Source: Vicugna vicugna (lineage: Eukaryota). Taken from it: a stretch of DNA of 64,000 bases. The notes under the pieces are model-generated. The model did not search any database. It was not told the origin of the DNA and saw only the letters and a list, made by a program, of their open reading frames with translations. The position numbers and the translations under genes are program-made. The stretch spans positions 310,001 to 374,000 of the forward strand of contig MU057999.1 of assembly GCA_013265495.1 (NCBI GenBank), read 5' to 3'. Positions 1-12,323 of the stretch are shown here, piece after piece. Position 1 is the first letter of the stretch; each line of letters opens with the position of its first letter.

Positions 1-700
1 ATTAAAACAATGAGATACCATTTCCGCCCACCACATGAATGACTAAATGTTGGCAAGAATGAGGAACAAGTGTAACTCTCATACATTCCTGGGAATATAA
101 AAATTTGCAACTACCTTGGAAAACTGGAAGTTTCTTATAAAGTTAAGCATATGCCTATTCTATGACTCAGTAATTCCACTCCTAGCTAATTATCCAAAAG
201 AAATGAAAACATGTGATTTCACAAAAAAAACTTCTACGTGAATGTTGATAGCATTTTTATTCAGAATAGCCAAAACTGGAAACAACAAAAATGTCCATTA
301 ACAGATGAATGAATAACCAAATGTGGTATATATTCACACAATGGAATACTCTTCAGCAATGAAAATAAACTAACTGTTGAGACTGTAACAAAAGGGACAA
401 ATCTCACACACCATATGTGTGAAAGAGCCATACACAAAGAGGATACCCTACATAGTTATATTTACATAAAGTTTTAGAGTAGGCAGAATTAACTGATGGT
501 GATAGAAATCAGATCACTGTGGTTGCCTGGGAAGGAGACTGGGTGGGAGATTGGTGAACTGATTGCAAAGAGAACTTCCTAGGAAGATGGAAATGTTCTG
601 TATCTAATGGGTGTTGGTTACACAGGTGTATGCATTTTTCAAAACTCAACCAACTGTCCATTTAAAATCTGCACATTTCATTATAGGTAAACTTATTTTT
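1..700 (+). mobile_element. Old L1 (L1M-type) ORF2 end and 3' UTR
   Basis: Typical L1 motifs: aaaacaatgagataccatt, tatgactcagtaattccactcctag, atggaatactcttcagcaatgaaaa, gatggaaatgttctgtatct. Confidence 0.85.
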
Positions 701-1582
701 TTAACGATGGGAAAAATGAGCCAACAATAGTTTTTACAAAGCTTGAATACCATAGACTTACCAGCATCAACATAACAAGTTTTAGAAAAAAATAATTAAT
801 ATTAAGTGATCACAACTTCCTAATTGAAACTTCAAACTTCTTCCACAGGGAAATAAAGAATTCTGTTTCTACTAATAAATAACAGCTATAATGTTATTAC
901 TTGTAATAATAACAATAATGTATAAATATTTAAGTTTTCCAGACAGTTCAAACGTCAAGAACACCCAGGGGTTCTATAAACTCAACTCCCCATAAAGCTC
1001 CTTCCCAGTATCTTGGCTGCCTCATTCACTGGGAATTCTGGAACCAGTTCATAAAATTTCTGTACAACCTTCTCCTGTGACTTATTATGGTAGTCTCCCA
1101 ACATCCTTGAAACCAACCAACTCTCAACCCGTCCTTCAATGTTCCTTTTATTCCTCAACTCCAACAACCTTAATCCATACCAAAGCAACTCATTTCTATG
1201 GACAGTGGCAATATATAAATTGTTCTACCTTCAAAATTTTGAACTGTAGTATCTAAATAGTTAGCTCTTCAGCTCCTTCCCTTTATTGTTACAACAGCTG
1301 TTTTCTGGGCTCATAATATGTAGTGTCCATAATCTTCTTGTTTCTCCCATTCAATTGTAACAATCATTTCCTCATTTTCTTCTTATTGGCCTCAACTCCA
1401 GTTACTGTAATGACTTTCTCACCAGCACCCTCAACTTTCCCCCACAGCCTATGTCAGATATGCATACCCTACCCTTTAAACACCCAATCTTGAAGCGACT
1501 TGGCTCCTCTACTCCCTGTTTTCTCTGGTACTACATCCTGGATAAAGCTATTTCCACAAATGTCACTACAGAGTCAACATCT

Positions 1583-1678
1583 GAGGAGTGGCCAAGATGG
1601 CAGAATAGAGGGAGCCTAAGCTCACCTCCTTCACAAGCACTCCAAACTCACAACTAACTGCAGAACAACGATTGATGA
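1583..1678 (+). mobile_element. Isolated L1 5' terminus (about 95 bp)
   Basis: gaggagtggcCAAGATGGCagaatag...ctcacctcc...aaactcacaactaactgcagaacaac resembles laurasiatherian L1 5' UTR starts, including the YY1 site. Confidence 0.65.
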
Positions 1679-4093
1679 CAGTCACTACAAAACCCTGACT
1701 TCTGTGCTCAACAAATAAATTAATATTCTTAAGCTACTGACACCTTGGAGCCCTATGATCCATATCTATAAACACTTAATGGCCACCAAGATACACTGAA
1801 AATTTGAAATCCACTACCCTAGACTGAGGTACTGAAACTGTAACACAGACGTTAAACAGAGTTGCTATTTCCTGACTAGATTCTGAAACCATTTGTTTTG
1901 AAATACAGCCACTCTTTATTAACTACAGTAGTTATTCCTTGGTTGAAAGGGTCTGAATTTCTTCAAAGAAACTATTAAAATGAAATACAAATTTTCACCT
2001 ATCAAATTAGCAAATGCATTGTTTTGTCATAAGACAGTTTCCTGTAACACCAATTAGCTTATATGTGGTTAGTAAATAAAATAATGATACTAGTGTAATA
2101 CAGAAATTGTGTCAGTTCACATTTGAATTTCCCCAGGCAAGGGGAACTGAACAGCAGGTAAAGAATTACAACTTTCAGTGGAAAACGAAAAGACCCTCAT
2201 TCAGTTCAAGTACTGCCAGGCCTATTTTAAGAAAACTAAAAATGAGCACCCAGGGCCCCCTCCCCAGAGGAGTACTGCCAGTCTCTGCATGGTTCCTGGA
2301 CCTAGCAAGCTGCACTTCCTCTTATGCCTAACCTTAATCCTAACCTTTATGGCAGCCCCACTGGCTTAGAAAGCTACTTTCATCTGCACTATCTCAAGGT
2401 CATGCAAGCCAGTGATTTCCATCCTCTTACGTTGTAACATCTTTAACTCTCTGAAGCAGCCTCAGCCAACCTGCGTGGTTTGACTGGGCTGCCCAAGTTA
2501 ACGCATAAGGTACCAAATGTGATTTTGTTAGTACTTGGTTTGAAAACTGCAGAGGTCTTCAGTGGTCTGCCCTTAACCTTATTTTTCCCATAAATCTTGT
2601 TATTTTCAATGACATGGTGATTTTGAAGGTTTTTTTGTTTATTTAATTTTTAGGAATGTATTTCATGTTGTAACAGAAATGCTTATATTCTTTCAATACA
2701 ATACTGAATGTGAGGCAGGGTGTGCCAAGCAACCAATTTGTGAACATACATCAATGTTTTATAAATATTTATACTCCAACTCAGTAAGTCCACTTCTAAA
2801 AATCCATCCTAAGGAAACCAAATATAGATACAAATGTCTATGTATTAAAATACTAATCAAAATAATATTTAAAATTGAAGAAACAATATAAATGTCAGCA
2901 ACAGAGTAGCAATTAATAAACTATAATACAGCCATAAAAGGGAAAACAACAGTTTTCAACAGTTTCTCTTTCTTTGGAGAAGGAGGTGGAACCCCAAGCC
3001 ATTACACCCTTTCAGTCAAATCTCTCCCTGTTCATCCATGTGACATACTGCGCTTCCCCTTTGAAGACAAGTTTTAATGACTAAAAAACACTGAAAAAGA
3101 CTATGAAGCCATAATAGGACAGTTATAAATTTTAATGAATTGAGCTTTGCTTAGAATGGTACAGCAAATAAGAACAAGGAAAGGTACAAACTTATATAAT
3201 GTAAATTTTTAACAATGTCTGGCACCTAGAATAGTTTGCACATAAAACAGGTGTTCAACAAATGCCTAGCAAATTAAAGTTAAATGTGTATGTACAATGT
3301 GTATTTTACACTTCTCAAATAAGAAAGGAAATACCAAAAAGTATGAACAGTTGTTGATTATAAATGGTGAATTACGGATTATTTTTATTGTATGTTCTTA
3401 TTCTTTTTCTTCTCTTAAATTTTCTGTGAAAGTTAAGTTAAACTGGGAAAAATAAAAACTGGTTTTCAAAAACATATTAACTTCCTTCAACTTTACCTTA
3501 AAATATTCAACCAAAAGGTAAAATTTGGCAAAGCACTGTGAACTGAAAAGAAAAGATCAAATCTCAGAAAGAATTTTCACATGCACCACTGACGATGGGG
3601 CTGAAGTGAGAAGAAAATCCTTGGACTACACATGCTCACTGTCTGAATGAGGATAACATGGGAAATCCTGAAGATGACGCGGAAGGCAACAAACAAGATT
3701 TAGGCCAGGAACTGTATTCCCATTCAAATGCTCAACATATGCAAAGACAACAGATTCTCGGACGGTCTCAGAAAATATACTAATTATGTATTCTTTCTCC
3801 CAAAAAGTTACTCCAAAACACACTGAGAAGTTAAGAACACTTTTATTTTCAACAGGAGATAACCATTTTATACTGAGAAGTATACTTCATGTATGACAAT
3901 TTGAGTATAATCATGGATCTTTATGGCTCTAAATCAAAATGCAAAGAGTCCAAAAAATCCCAATATTAGAAATGCAAAGAGAACCCAATGTAAGTACAAT
4001 CTGCCCAAAATATTAGAACTATGAAAAGAACCCCATGTAAGTATAATCATGGTACAAAACTATCAGTCTATGATATTAGCATGCAGAGGATAT

Positions 4094-4098
4094 ATGTA

Positions 4099-4133
<35 letters not shown>
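4094..4133. repeat. (TG)n(TA)n microsatellite
   Basis: Read directly. Confidence 0.95.
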
Positions 4134-5392
4134 CTCCATAATTAATACAGCTAAGTGGACATATGGACACACCAAGATAGTCTCTAAAGGAAATTCAATT
4201 CTCTTGAAGCATCATAAAAGATTTAGAAAAAGTGATCAGCTATAAGGAAAACAACAATCAATTTTATAAAGGAGAAGATGTACAGACCACAATCTGACCA
4301 CTGGTAAGGAGACAGAAAGGAAGGGAAAATGTTAATATTATAGATTTTGAAGTACCATCTATCTCAAAGAGTCATCCGTATTCTAAGATTTCAACTATAT
4401 ATAGACAAATGAGAACATGGAAAAAATATTGGAAAGATATTTACCAAAGACTGTCAATGCATGGTTAAATAATGTATACTTTTCTTCCCCTTTATGGTCT
4501 TGTACACTTTTCAAATGGCCTATAATAAGTATGTTTTTACTTTGATAATCAGGAAATAAAGTTAAAATAAAAAGAATTTTAAACAAATTGACTTTTAGAA
4601 AAAGATGAAATCTGTAGAGAATGTCATACTTTATTTCTGAATGTAATATTTTTCTTTCCTTCCCCATCATATGCTCAAAAACAATTTTTAAGAAAGAGAA
4701 ACATAAAAGACAAATGAAGATAGGATCTAAATAATCTACCTTTCTCACTGCTACTAATTATTAGTGTTTCAAATACAACAATAATAATTAAATGAAGTCT
4801 CAAAGCAGGGGTAGTAGATGTCAGGGGTTATCATTGTCTGGGAGTGGTGTGGTAGGCTCCACAGAAGTGAAGTGGGCAGCAAGGAATGATTAGAGAGGCA
4901 GTGAGGGAAACAATCTATTCAGTAATGCTTTACTGAGCCAGTTCTGCAGCAAGCCAGAAAGTAACACTCTAGGAGATCAGGACCCAGAGCCTGGTTCCAG
5001 CAGCAGTGAGTGACTGAGAAGAAAGGCTGAAGTGTCCTGATCAGAACAAGGAAGTTCTAAGGACTGAGAAGAGGACCAAGTCTGAAGTGGCCATTTCAAT
5101 GAGTGCCTTATTTGGAAAACAGACCTGAGAAGTGAGACACCAGCATGGTCAAAGGAGTAAAAACTGAGAAGGTTTAATATCCTTTGGAATTAAGAGAGGG
5201 AAATAATGAAAACAAGGGTATTAGTACTGAGGATCATCTTGCATCCGAGTCACTCCAACAACCCTAATGGGTCAAAGGTCATCTAAGTAACTATCACTGA
5301 TGTCAAAAGAGAAGACGATACTGAGTCACTGTCCTGGGACAAAACAATCAAAGTAGGAAAGGAAGGATATAATGTATGATAAAAGCTGGTCC

Positions 5393-7275
5393 CTTAATGA
5401 ACAATCCAAAAAGGAAATTAAGAAACAATTCCATTTATAATAGCATTCAGAAGAATAAAATACCTAATAATAAATTTAAAGATGGTGAAAAATTTATATA
5501 CTATGAAACACTGCTGAAATTAAGGAAGACCTAAATAAATGGAAAGACATCTCATCTTCATGGATTAGAAGACTTACTATTATTATTGTTAAGGTGGCAA
5601 TACTATCCAAAGGGATCTATCAGTGCAATCCCTATCAAAATTTTAACTGCCTTTTTTGCAGAAATGCAAAGCAGATTCTCAAATTAATATGGAATTGAAA
5701 GTGGCCCCCAACAGCCAAAACAATCTTGAAAAAGAAGAACACAGTTGAAAGATTCACACTTCCTAATTTCAAAGCTCATCACAAAGCCACAAAACCAAAA
5801 CAGTGTGGTACTGGCATGATAGACATCTAGACCTATGCAATAGAATTGAGAGTCTGGAAATAAACCTACACACTTCCAGCCTATTGACTTTTGACAAGAA
5901 TGCCAAGTCCATTCAGCAAACGGTGCTGGGACAACTAGATATCCACACACATAAGACTGAAATTAGACCCCAACCTCACATCGTATATAAAAACTAATTC
6001 AAAATGGATCAACAACCTAAATATAAGGACTAAAACTGCAAAACTCTTAGAAGAAAATATAGGAGTAAATCTCCATGACCTCAGATTCATCAGTGGGTTT
6101 TTAGATATGACACTATAGTCAAGAGTAACAGAAAAAAAGTAGATAAATTGGACTTAATAAAAAATAAAAACTTCTGTGCATTGAAAGACATTATGAAGGT
6201 GAAGACAACCTAGGGAATGGAGAAAATATTGTAAATTATGTATCTGATAAGACAACTCAATTTAAAAATGAACAAGTGGGTGGGGATAGCTCAGTGTTGG
6301 AGCACATGCTTAGCATGCACAAAGTCCTGGGTTCAATCCCTAGTACCTCCATTGAAAAAAAAAAAAAAGAGCAAGGGACTGGAATAGACATTTCTCCAAA
6401 GACACACAAATTGCCAACAAACACATATCATTAGTCAATAGGGAAATGCAAATCAAAACCACAATGATGTATCTATCACTTCACATCTACTAGGATAGCT
6501 TCAATTGAAAAACAAACACACACAATGAGGCATCACTTCACATCAACTAGGATAGCTTTAATTAACAAAACAGAAAACAGCAAGTGTTAGTGAGGATTTG
6601 GAGAAACTGAACTTCTGTACATTGCTGACAGGACTGCAAAATGGTCCAGCCACTGTGAAAAAGTTTGGTGGTTCCTCAAAAAAGGTAAATGCAGAATTCC
6701 CATATGACCCACAACTCTACTAGGTATATATCCAAAATTGAAAACAGGTACTCAATCAAGTACTTAACAAACATGTTCATAGCAGCATTATTCACAATAG
6801 AAAAGATAAACAAACAGCCCAAATGTCCATTAACAGATGAATGGATAAACTGTGGTATATACAGAGAATGGAGTATTATTCAGCCATTAGAAAGGAATGA
6901 AGTACTGACAGAGGCTACAATGTGGATGAATCCCCAAAACATTATGCTAAATAAAAGAAGCCAGATACAAGCGGTCTCATATCATATGAGTCCATTTACA
7001 TGACATAGCCAAGATAGAAAATCCAAAGAAATAGAATGTAAGTTGGTGGTTGGTGGCTGTCAAGGGCTGGGGAGAGAGGGAGATGAGAAAAAACTGCTTA
7101 ACAGGTGAGGAATTTCACCTTAGAGCAATGAAAACGTTTTAGAACTAGTCAGAAATGGTGGCTGCACAACACAGTAGATGTACTAAATGTTACTGAATCA
7201 TTCACTTTACAGTGGTTAATTTTATGTCATGTGAATTTCACCTTAACAGATTATTATTTTTTAAAAAGGAAAGAA
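5393..7275 (+). mobile_element. 5'-truncated L1 (ORF2 C-terminal remnant and 3' UTR)
   Basis: ORF remnants 5803-5997 (WYWHDRHLDLCNRIESLEINLH) and 6689-7003 are ORF2-like; TSD aaaagctggtcc (5381-5392) / aaaagctggccc (7276-7287). Confidence 0.9.
6277..6369 (+). mobile_element. tRNA-derived SINE (camelid Vic-1-like) inserted in L1
   Basis: A box tagctcagtg, B box gggttcaatccc, A tail. Confidence 0.9.
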
Positions 7276-8380
7276 AAAAGCTGGCCCATCCCCTACAAAT
7301 GGGGAGGGAGTACACTAAAACTGGCTTCCAATGAATGGAAAGGGTTATGAGGAAATTTTCACCCACAAGAGGAAATCAGGTTTCAGTCAACGTGAAGAGA
7401 TAAAGCAGCACTATGAAAGAGTCAGAGGAGACCTCAAAGCAGCACTGGAGCACCACAAGATAAAAGAGAAAGTGCCCGCAGAAAGGAGCACAGAGCAGGC
7501 AAACTACAGTGGATGGAGGGTGGAAAGGGGCTATGCTGGAAGGCGCACAGGAACAAGAGTACACAGCCATGGACTGAAGGGGAAAGCAGCATTTTGTTCT
7601 TAGAATGCATAGAATTTCTCTATTCCAACCTAAGACGAAAAACATTTCAGTTGTTCGACTACAGTAACCAGACTTAAATTTTCTCACTGCCAATCCCAGC
7701 AAAGTGGGAATGTTGCTCTCTTGTTAGAAAATATGAAATTTGTTATAAATTTATTTTTAAACAACCCAAATTCCAAACTGAAAACCATTAGTTATTTCTA
7801 CAAAACTCTCAATATCCATCAAGAAAAATTCATTTTCTGCTAGACAATATTAAGTTCATATTGCCCTGGCCTCTGTAGCTCAAGTTCAAATAATTCATTA
7901 GTTCAAAATTTTTTCCAAATAATTTTTAAAAGTTAACTATTAGTTTCCAAAGGTCAATTAGTGCCAATGACCAAACCACCACCCATTAAAAAAGAGTCAC
8001 CCTGATAGCACTTAACAGAATACATTCCAGGGAGCTGTTCACATGTCTGTCTCCCCCACTACCCTGCACATCTCACAACAAGGCTGGGTTTAGTATATGT
8101 GTAGCTACTCAAATGTTAGATGCATTAATGGCTGCTGTTGATAGAAATCAACTACATTAAAGATGGATTTTAAGGGAAATGATATTTTTAAAAAAACATC
8201 AGGAATCAGTTAAAGCAGAAAAACAAAAGTGATGTCGTGGAAACAGAACTAAAGCAGAGGTTTTCCTAATAAGTAGCTGAGTGACCTTTGGTAATCAATT
8301 ATTTAACCACCTTCTCCAGGCATCAATTTTCTCAAAACAAGGGAGTTAAACCAGATGATATTAAAGTCCCTCCTCAGCCA

Positions 8381-8482
8381 CAAAATTCTATTATTCTATG
8401 ATATCATCCATGGTTTCCAAATGTCAGCCAAAACTCTATTATTCTATGACATCATCTACAGTTTCCAAATGCTAGTCAAAAC
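8381..8482. repeat. Imperfect tandem duplication, about 48 bp x2
   Basis: aaattctattattctatgatatcatccatggtttccaaatg followed by aactctattattctatgacatcatctacagtttccaaatg. Confidence 0.85.
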
Positions 8483-8590
8483 TTAAACATTTATTTAGTC
8501 AAGATAATCTTCAAGGTTCTGAGGACACTGTGGTATATGAGCCAGAGGAAAAAAGCCAAAACCACTTACGATGTATGAAACCACTTAATA

Positions 8591-11500
8591 TTTTTTAATT
8601 CTTATTTTATTGACATGTAGTTGATTTACAATGTTAGTTTCATGTGTACAGCAAAGAAATTCAGTTATACTTATATATATATATACACTCTTTTTCATTT
8701 CTTTTCTTTTCTCCAGATTCTTTTCCATTACAGCTCATTACAAAAAACTGAATATAGTTCCCTGTGCTATAAGTAGGTCCTTGTTGTTTATCTATTTTAC
8801 GTACAGTAATGTGTATCTATTAAATTTGTGTATCCCAAATTCCTAATTTATTCCTCCCCACCTCTTCCTCCCTGGTAACCAGTTTGTTCTCTATGTTCTT
8901 AAGTCTATTTCTGGTTTGTAAATAAAATTAGTGTCTTTTTTTCTTAGATTCCACATATAAGTGACATTATAAGATTCTGTCTGACTTACTTCACTTAATA
9001 TGATAATCTCTAGGTCCATCCATGTTGCTGCAAATGACATTATTTCATTCATTTTTTATGGCTGGGTAATAGTCCATTAGTCTGTGGTGTGTGTGTGTAT
9101 GTGTGCACTGTATGTACCATATCTTTTTTTTTTAAAAAGGTTAGCTCTAGCACTCATATCTTTAAAAAGTTTATATGAATATCTAGCCAAAACCAACAGG
9201 GTTCTCTCTCTTGAAATGTTACATACACAAATTTCCAAGTAGATCACAGGGCTGTATACTTTCTTGGAATGTCCTCAGAAGGCTCTGTCATTGATAAAGT
9301 AACAATAAAAACCCAAGAGTCCTTTCTTTCAAATAGAGAAAGACAGAGATAGAAGAAACTATTCAAACTTCATCTTCTTTCCTTGTGGCTTGTGGTTTCC
9401 TCTTCTTCCTCCTCAGAAGCCTCCTTACCCTCTAAAGACTACATCTTCTTTATCCAGTCATCTGTTGATGGACAGTTAGGTTGTTTCCATGTCTCGTCTA
9501 TTGTAAATAATGCTGCTGTAAACACTGAGGTGCATGTGTCTTTGTGAATTATATTTTTCTCTGGATATATGCTCGGGAGTGGGACTACTGGATCATAGGG
9601 TAAGTTTATTTTTAGTTTTTTAAGGAACCTCCATACTGTCCTCCATAGTGGCTGCACCAATTTACACTCCCACCAACAGTGTAGAAGGATTCTTTTTTCT
9701 TCACACCCTATCCGGCTTTTATTATTTTAATAGTAATATACTTTTTAATGATGGCCGTTTTGACTAGTGTGAGGTGATACCTCATTGTAGTTTTGATTTG
9801 CATTTCTCTAACAATTAGCAAGTGGAGCATCTTTTCATGTGCCTGTTGGGCAACTGGATATCTTCTTCTGCCCATTTTTTGATAGGATTGCTTGTTTTTT
9901 TATACTAAGCTGTATGAGTTGTTTGTGTATTTTGGAAATTAGTCCCTTGTCGGTCTCGTCATTTGCAAATATCTTCTCCCATTCCGTAGGTTTTTTGTTT
10001 TTTTGACGGTATCCTTAGCTGTGCAAAAGCTTTTAAGTTTAATTAGGTCTCATTTGTTTATTTTTGCTTTTATTTCCATTACTCTAGGAGCTGGTTTGAA
10101 AAAAAATATTGCTGCAATTTATGTCAGTGTTCTGCCTATGTTTTCCTAGGAGTTTTATAATATTCAGTCTTATATTTAAGTCTTTAATCCATTTTGAGTT
10201 TATTTTTGTATACAGTGTTAAAGAATGTTCTCATTTCATTCTTTTACAGGTAGCTGTCCAGTTTCCCAAGCACCACTTATTAAAGAGACTGCCTTTTCTC
10301 CATTGTATATTCTTTCCTCCTTTCTCATAGATTAATTGACCATAAGTACATAGGTTTATTTCAAGATTTCCTATTCTATTCCATTGATCTATGTGCTTTT
10401 TGTGCCAGTACCATACTGTTTTGATTACTGTAACTTTGTAGTATAGTCTGAAGTCAGGGAGCATGATTCCCACAGCTCCATTCTTCTTTCTCAAGATTCT
10501 TTTGGCTACTTGAGGTCTTTCGTGTTTCCATGAAATTGTAACATTTTTTGTTCCAGTTCTGTGAAAAATGTCCTCAGTAATTTGATAGGGATTGCACTGA
10601 ATCTGCATATTGCCTTGGGTAGTGTGGCAATTTTAACAGTATTGATTCTTCCAGTCTGAGAACATGATACATCTTTCCATCTGTTTGTGTCTCTTCAATT
10701 TCTTTCATCAATGTCTTATAGTTTTTGGAGTACAGGTCCTTTGCCTCCTTAGGTAGGTTTATTCCTAAATATTTTATTTTTTGATGGGACAGTAAATGGG
10801 ATTGTTTCCTTAATTTCTTTTTCTGCCACTTCATTGTTAGTATATAGAAATGCGACTGATTCTGTATATTAATTTTGTATCCTGCAACTTTACCAAATTC
10901 ATTGATGACCTCCAGTAGTTTCCTGGTAGCGTCTTTAGGATTTTCTATGCATAGTATCATGTTACCTGCAAACAGTGACAGTTTTACTTCTTTTCCAATT
11001 TGGATTCCTTTTATTTCTCTTTCTTCTCTGATTGCTGTGGCTAGGACTTCTAAAACTATGTTGGAAAACAGTGGTTAGAGTGGGCATCCTTTCTTGTTCC
11101 TGATCTCAGAGGAAATGCTTTCAGCTTTTCACCATTAAGTATGACATTAGCTGTGGGTTTGTCATATACAGCCTTTATTATGTTGAGGTATATTTCCTTT
11201 ATATGCACTTTCTATAGTGTTTCTGTCATAAATGGATGTTGGATTTTATCAAAAGCTTTTTCTGCATCGATTAAGATGATCACATGGTTTTATGGTTTTT
11301 ATTTTTCAATTTGTTAATGTGGTGTAGAACACTGACTGATTTGCAGCTATTGAAAAATCCTTGCATCCCTGGGAAAAATCCCACCTGATCATGGTATATG
11401 ATCCTTTTCATGAATTGCTGGAGTCAATTTGCTAGCATTTTATTGAGGATTTTTACAGCTATATTCATAAGTGATATTGACCTATAATTTTCTTTTTTTT

Positions 11501-12323
11501 GTGATATCTTTGTCTGGTTTTGGTATCAGGGTGATGGTGGCCTCATAGAATGAGGTCAGAAGTGTTCCTTCCTCTGCAATTTTTGGGAACAGTTTCAGGA
11601 CAGGTGTTAACTCTTCTCTAAATGTTTGGTAGAATTCACCTGTGAAGCCATCTGGTCCTGGACTTTTGTTTGTTGGGAGTTTTTAAATTACCGATTCATT
11701 TTCAGTAGTGGTAACTGGTCTTTTCATATTTTCTACTTCTTCCTGGTTCAGTCTTGGCAGCTGTACCTTTCTAAGAAGGTTTTTCTTCTACGTTTTCCTT
11801 TTTTTTTTTTGGTACACAGTTGCTCATAGTAGCCTCTTATGATCCTTTGTATTTCTGTGGTGCCAGTGTGACTTCTCCTTTTTCATTTCTGAGTTTATTA
11901 ATTTGTGCCCTCTCCCTTTTTTTCTTGATGAGTCTGGCTTAAATGTTTATCAATTTTGTTCATATTTTCAAAGAACCAGCTTTTGGTTTCATTGATCTTT
12001 CCTACTGGTTTTTAGTCTCTCTTTCATTTATTTCTGCTTTAATGTTTATGATTTCTTTCCTTCTACTAACCTTGGGTTTTGTTTGTTCTTCTTTCTCTAG
12101 TTGCTTTAGGTGTAAAGCTAGGTTGTTTGTTCGAGATTGTTCTTGTTTCCTGAGGTAGGCTTGTATCTCTATAAACTTCCCTCTTCGAACAGCTTTTGCT
12201 GTGTTCCAGAGATTCGGGGGACATTTTCATTTGTCTCTAAGCATTTTCTTATTTCCTCTTTGATTTCTTCAGTGATCCTCTGGTTGTTCAGTAGCATATT
12301 GTTTAGCCTCCACATGTCTATAG
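8591..12323 (-). mobile_element. 5'-truncated L1 (about 3.7 kb, ORF2 RT/C-terminal remnants and 3' UTR), sense to RYK
   Basis: ORF remnants 10574-10960, 10231-10608 and 9439-9660 are ORF2-like ([33 protein letters not shown]); TSD tgaaaccacttaatatttt (8576-8594) / tgaaaccactaaatatttt (12324-12342). Confidence 0.95.
9124..9438 (-). pseudogene. NCL: 5'-truncated processed pseudogene of nucleolin (last 25 codons, proximal 3' UTR, poly(A))
   Basis: Minus strand reads FRG*GGF*GGRRGNHKPQGKKMKFE* versus nucleolin FGGRGGFRGGRGGGGDHKPQGKKTKFE*; then NCL-like 3' UTR (TTTGAAAGAAAGGACTC...ATCAATGACAGAGCCTTCTGAGGACATTCCAAGA...GATATTCATATAAACTTTTTAAAGA), A10 tail and an imperfect TSD. Confidence 0.9.
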
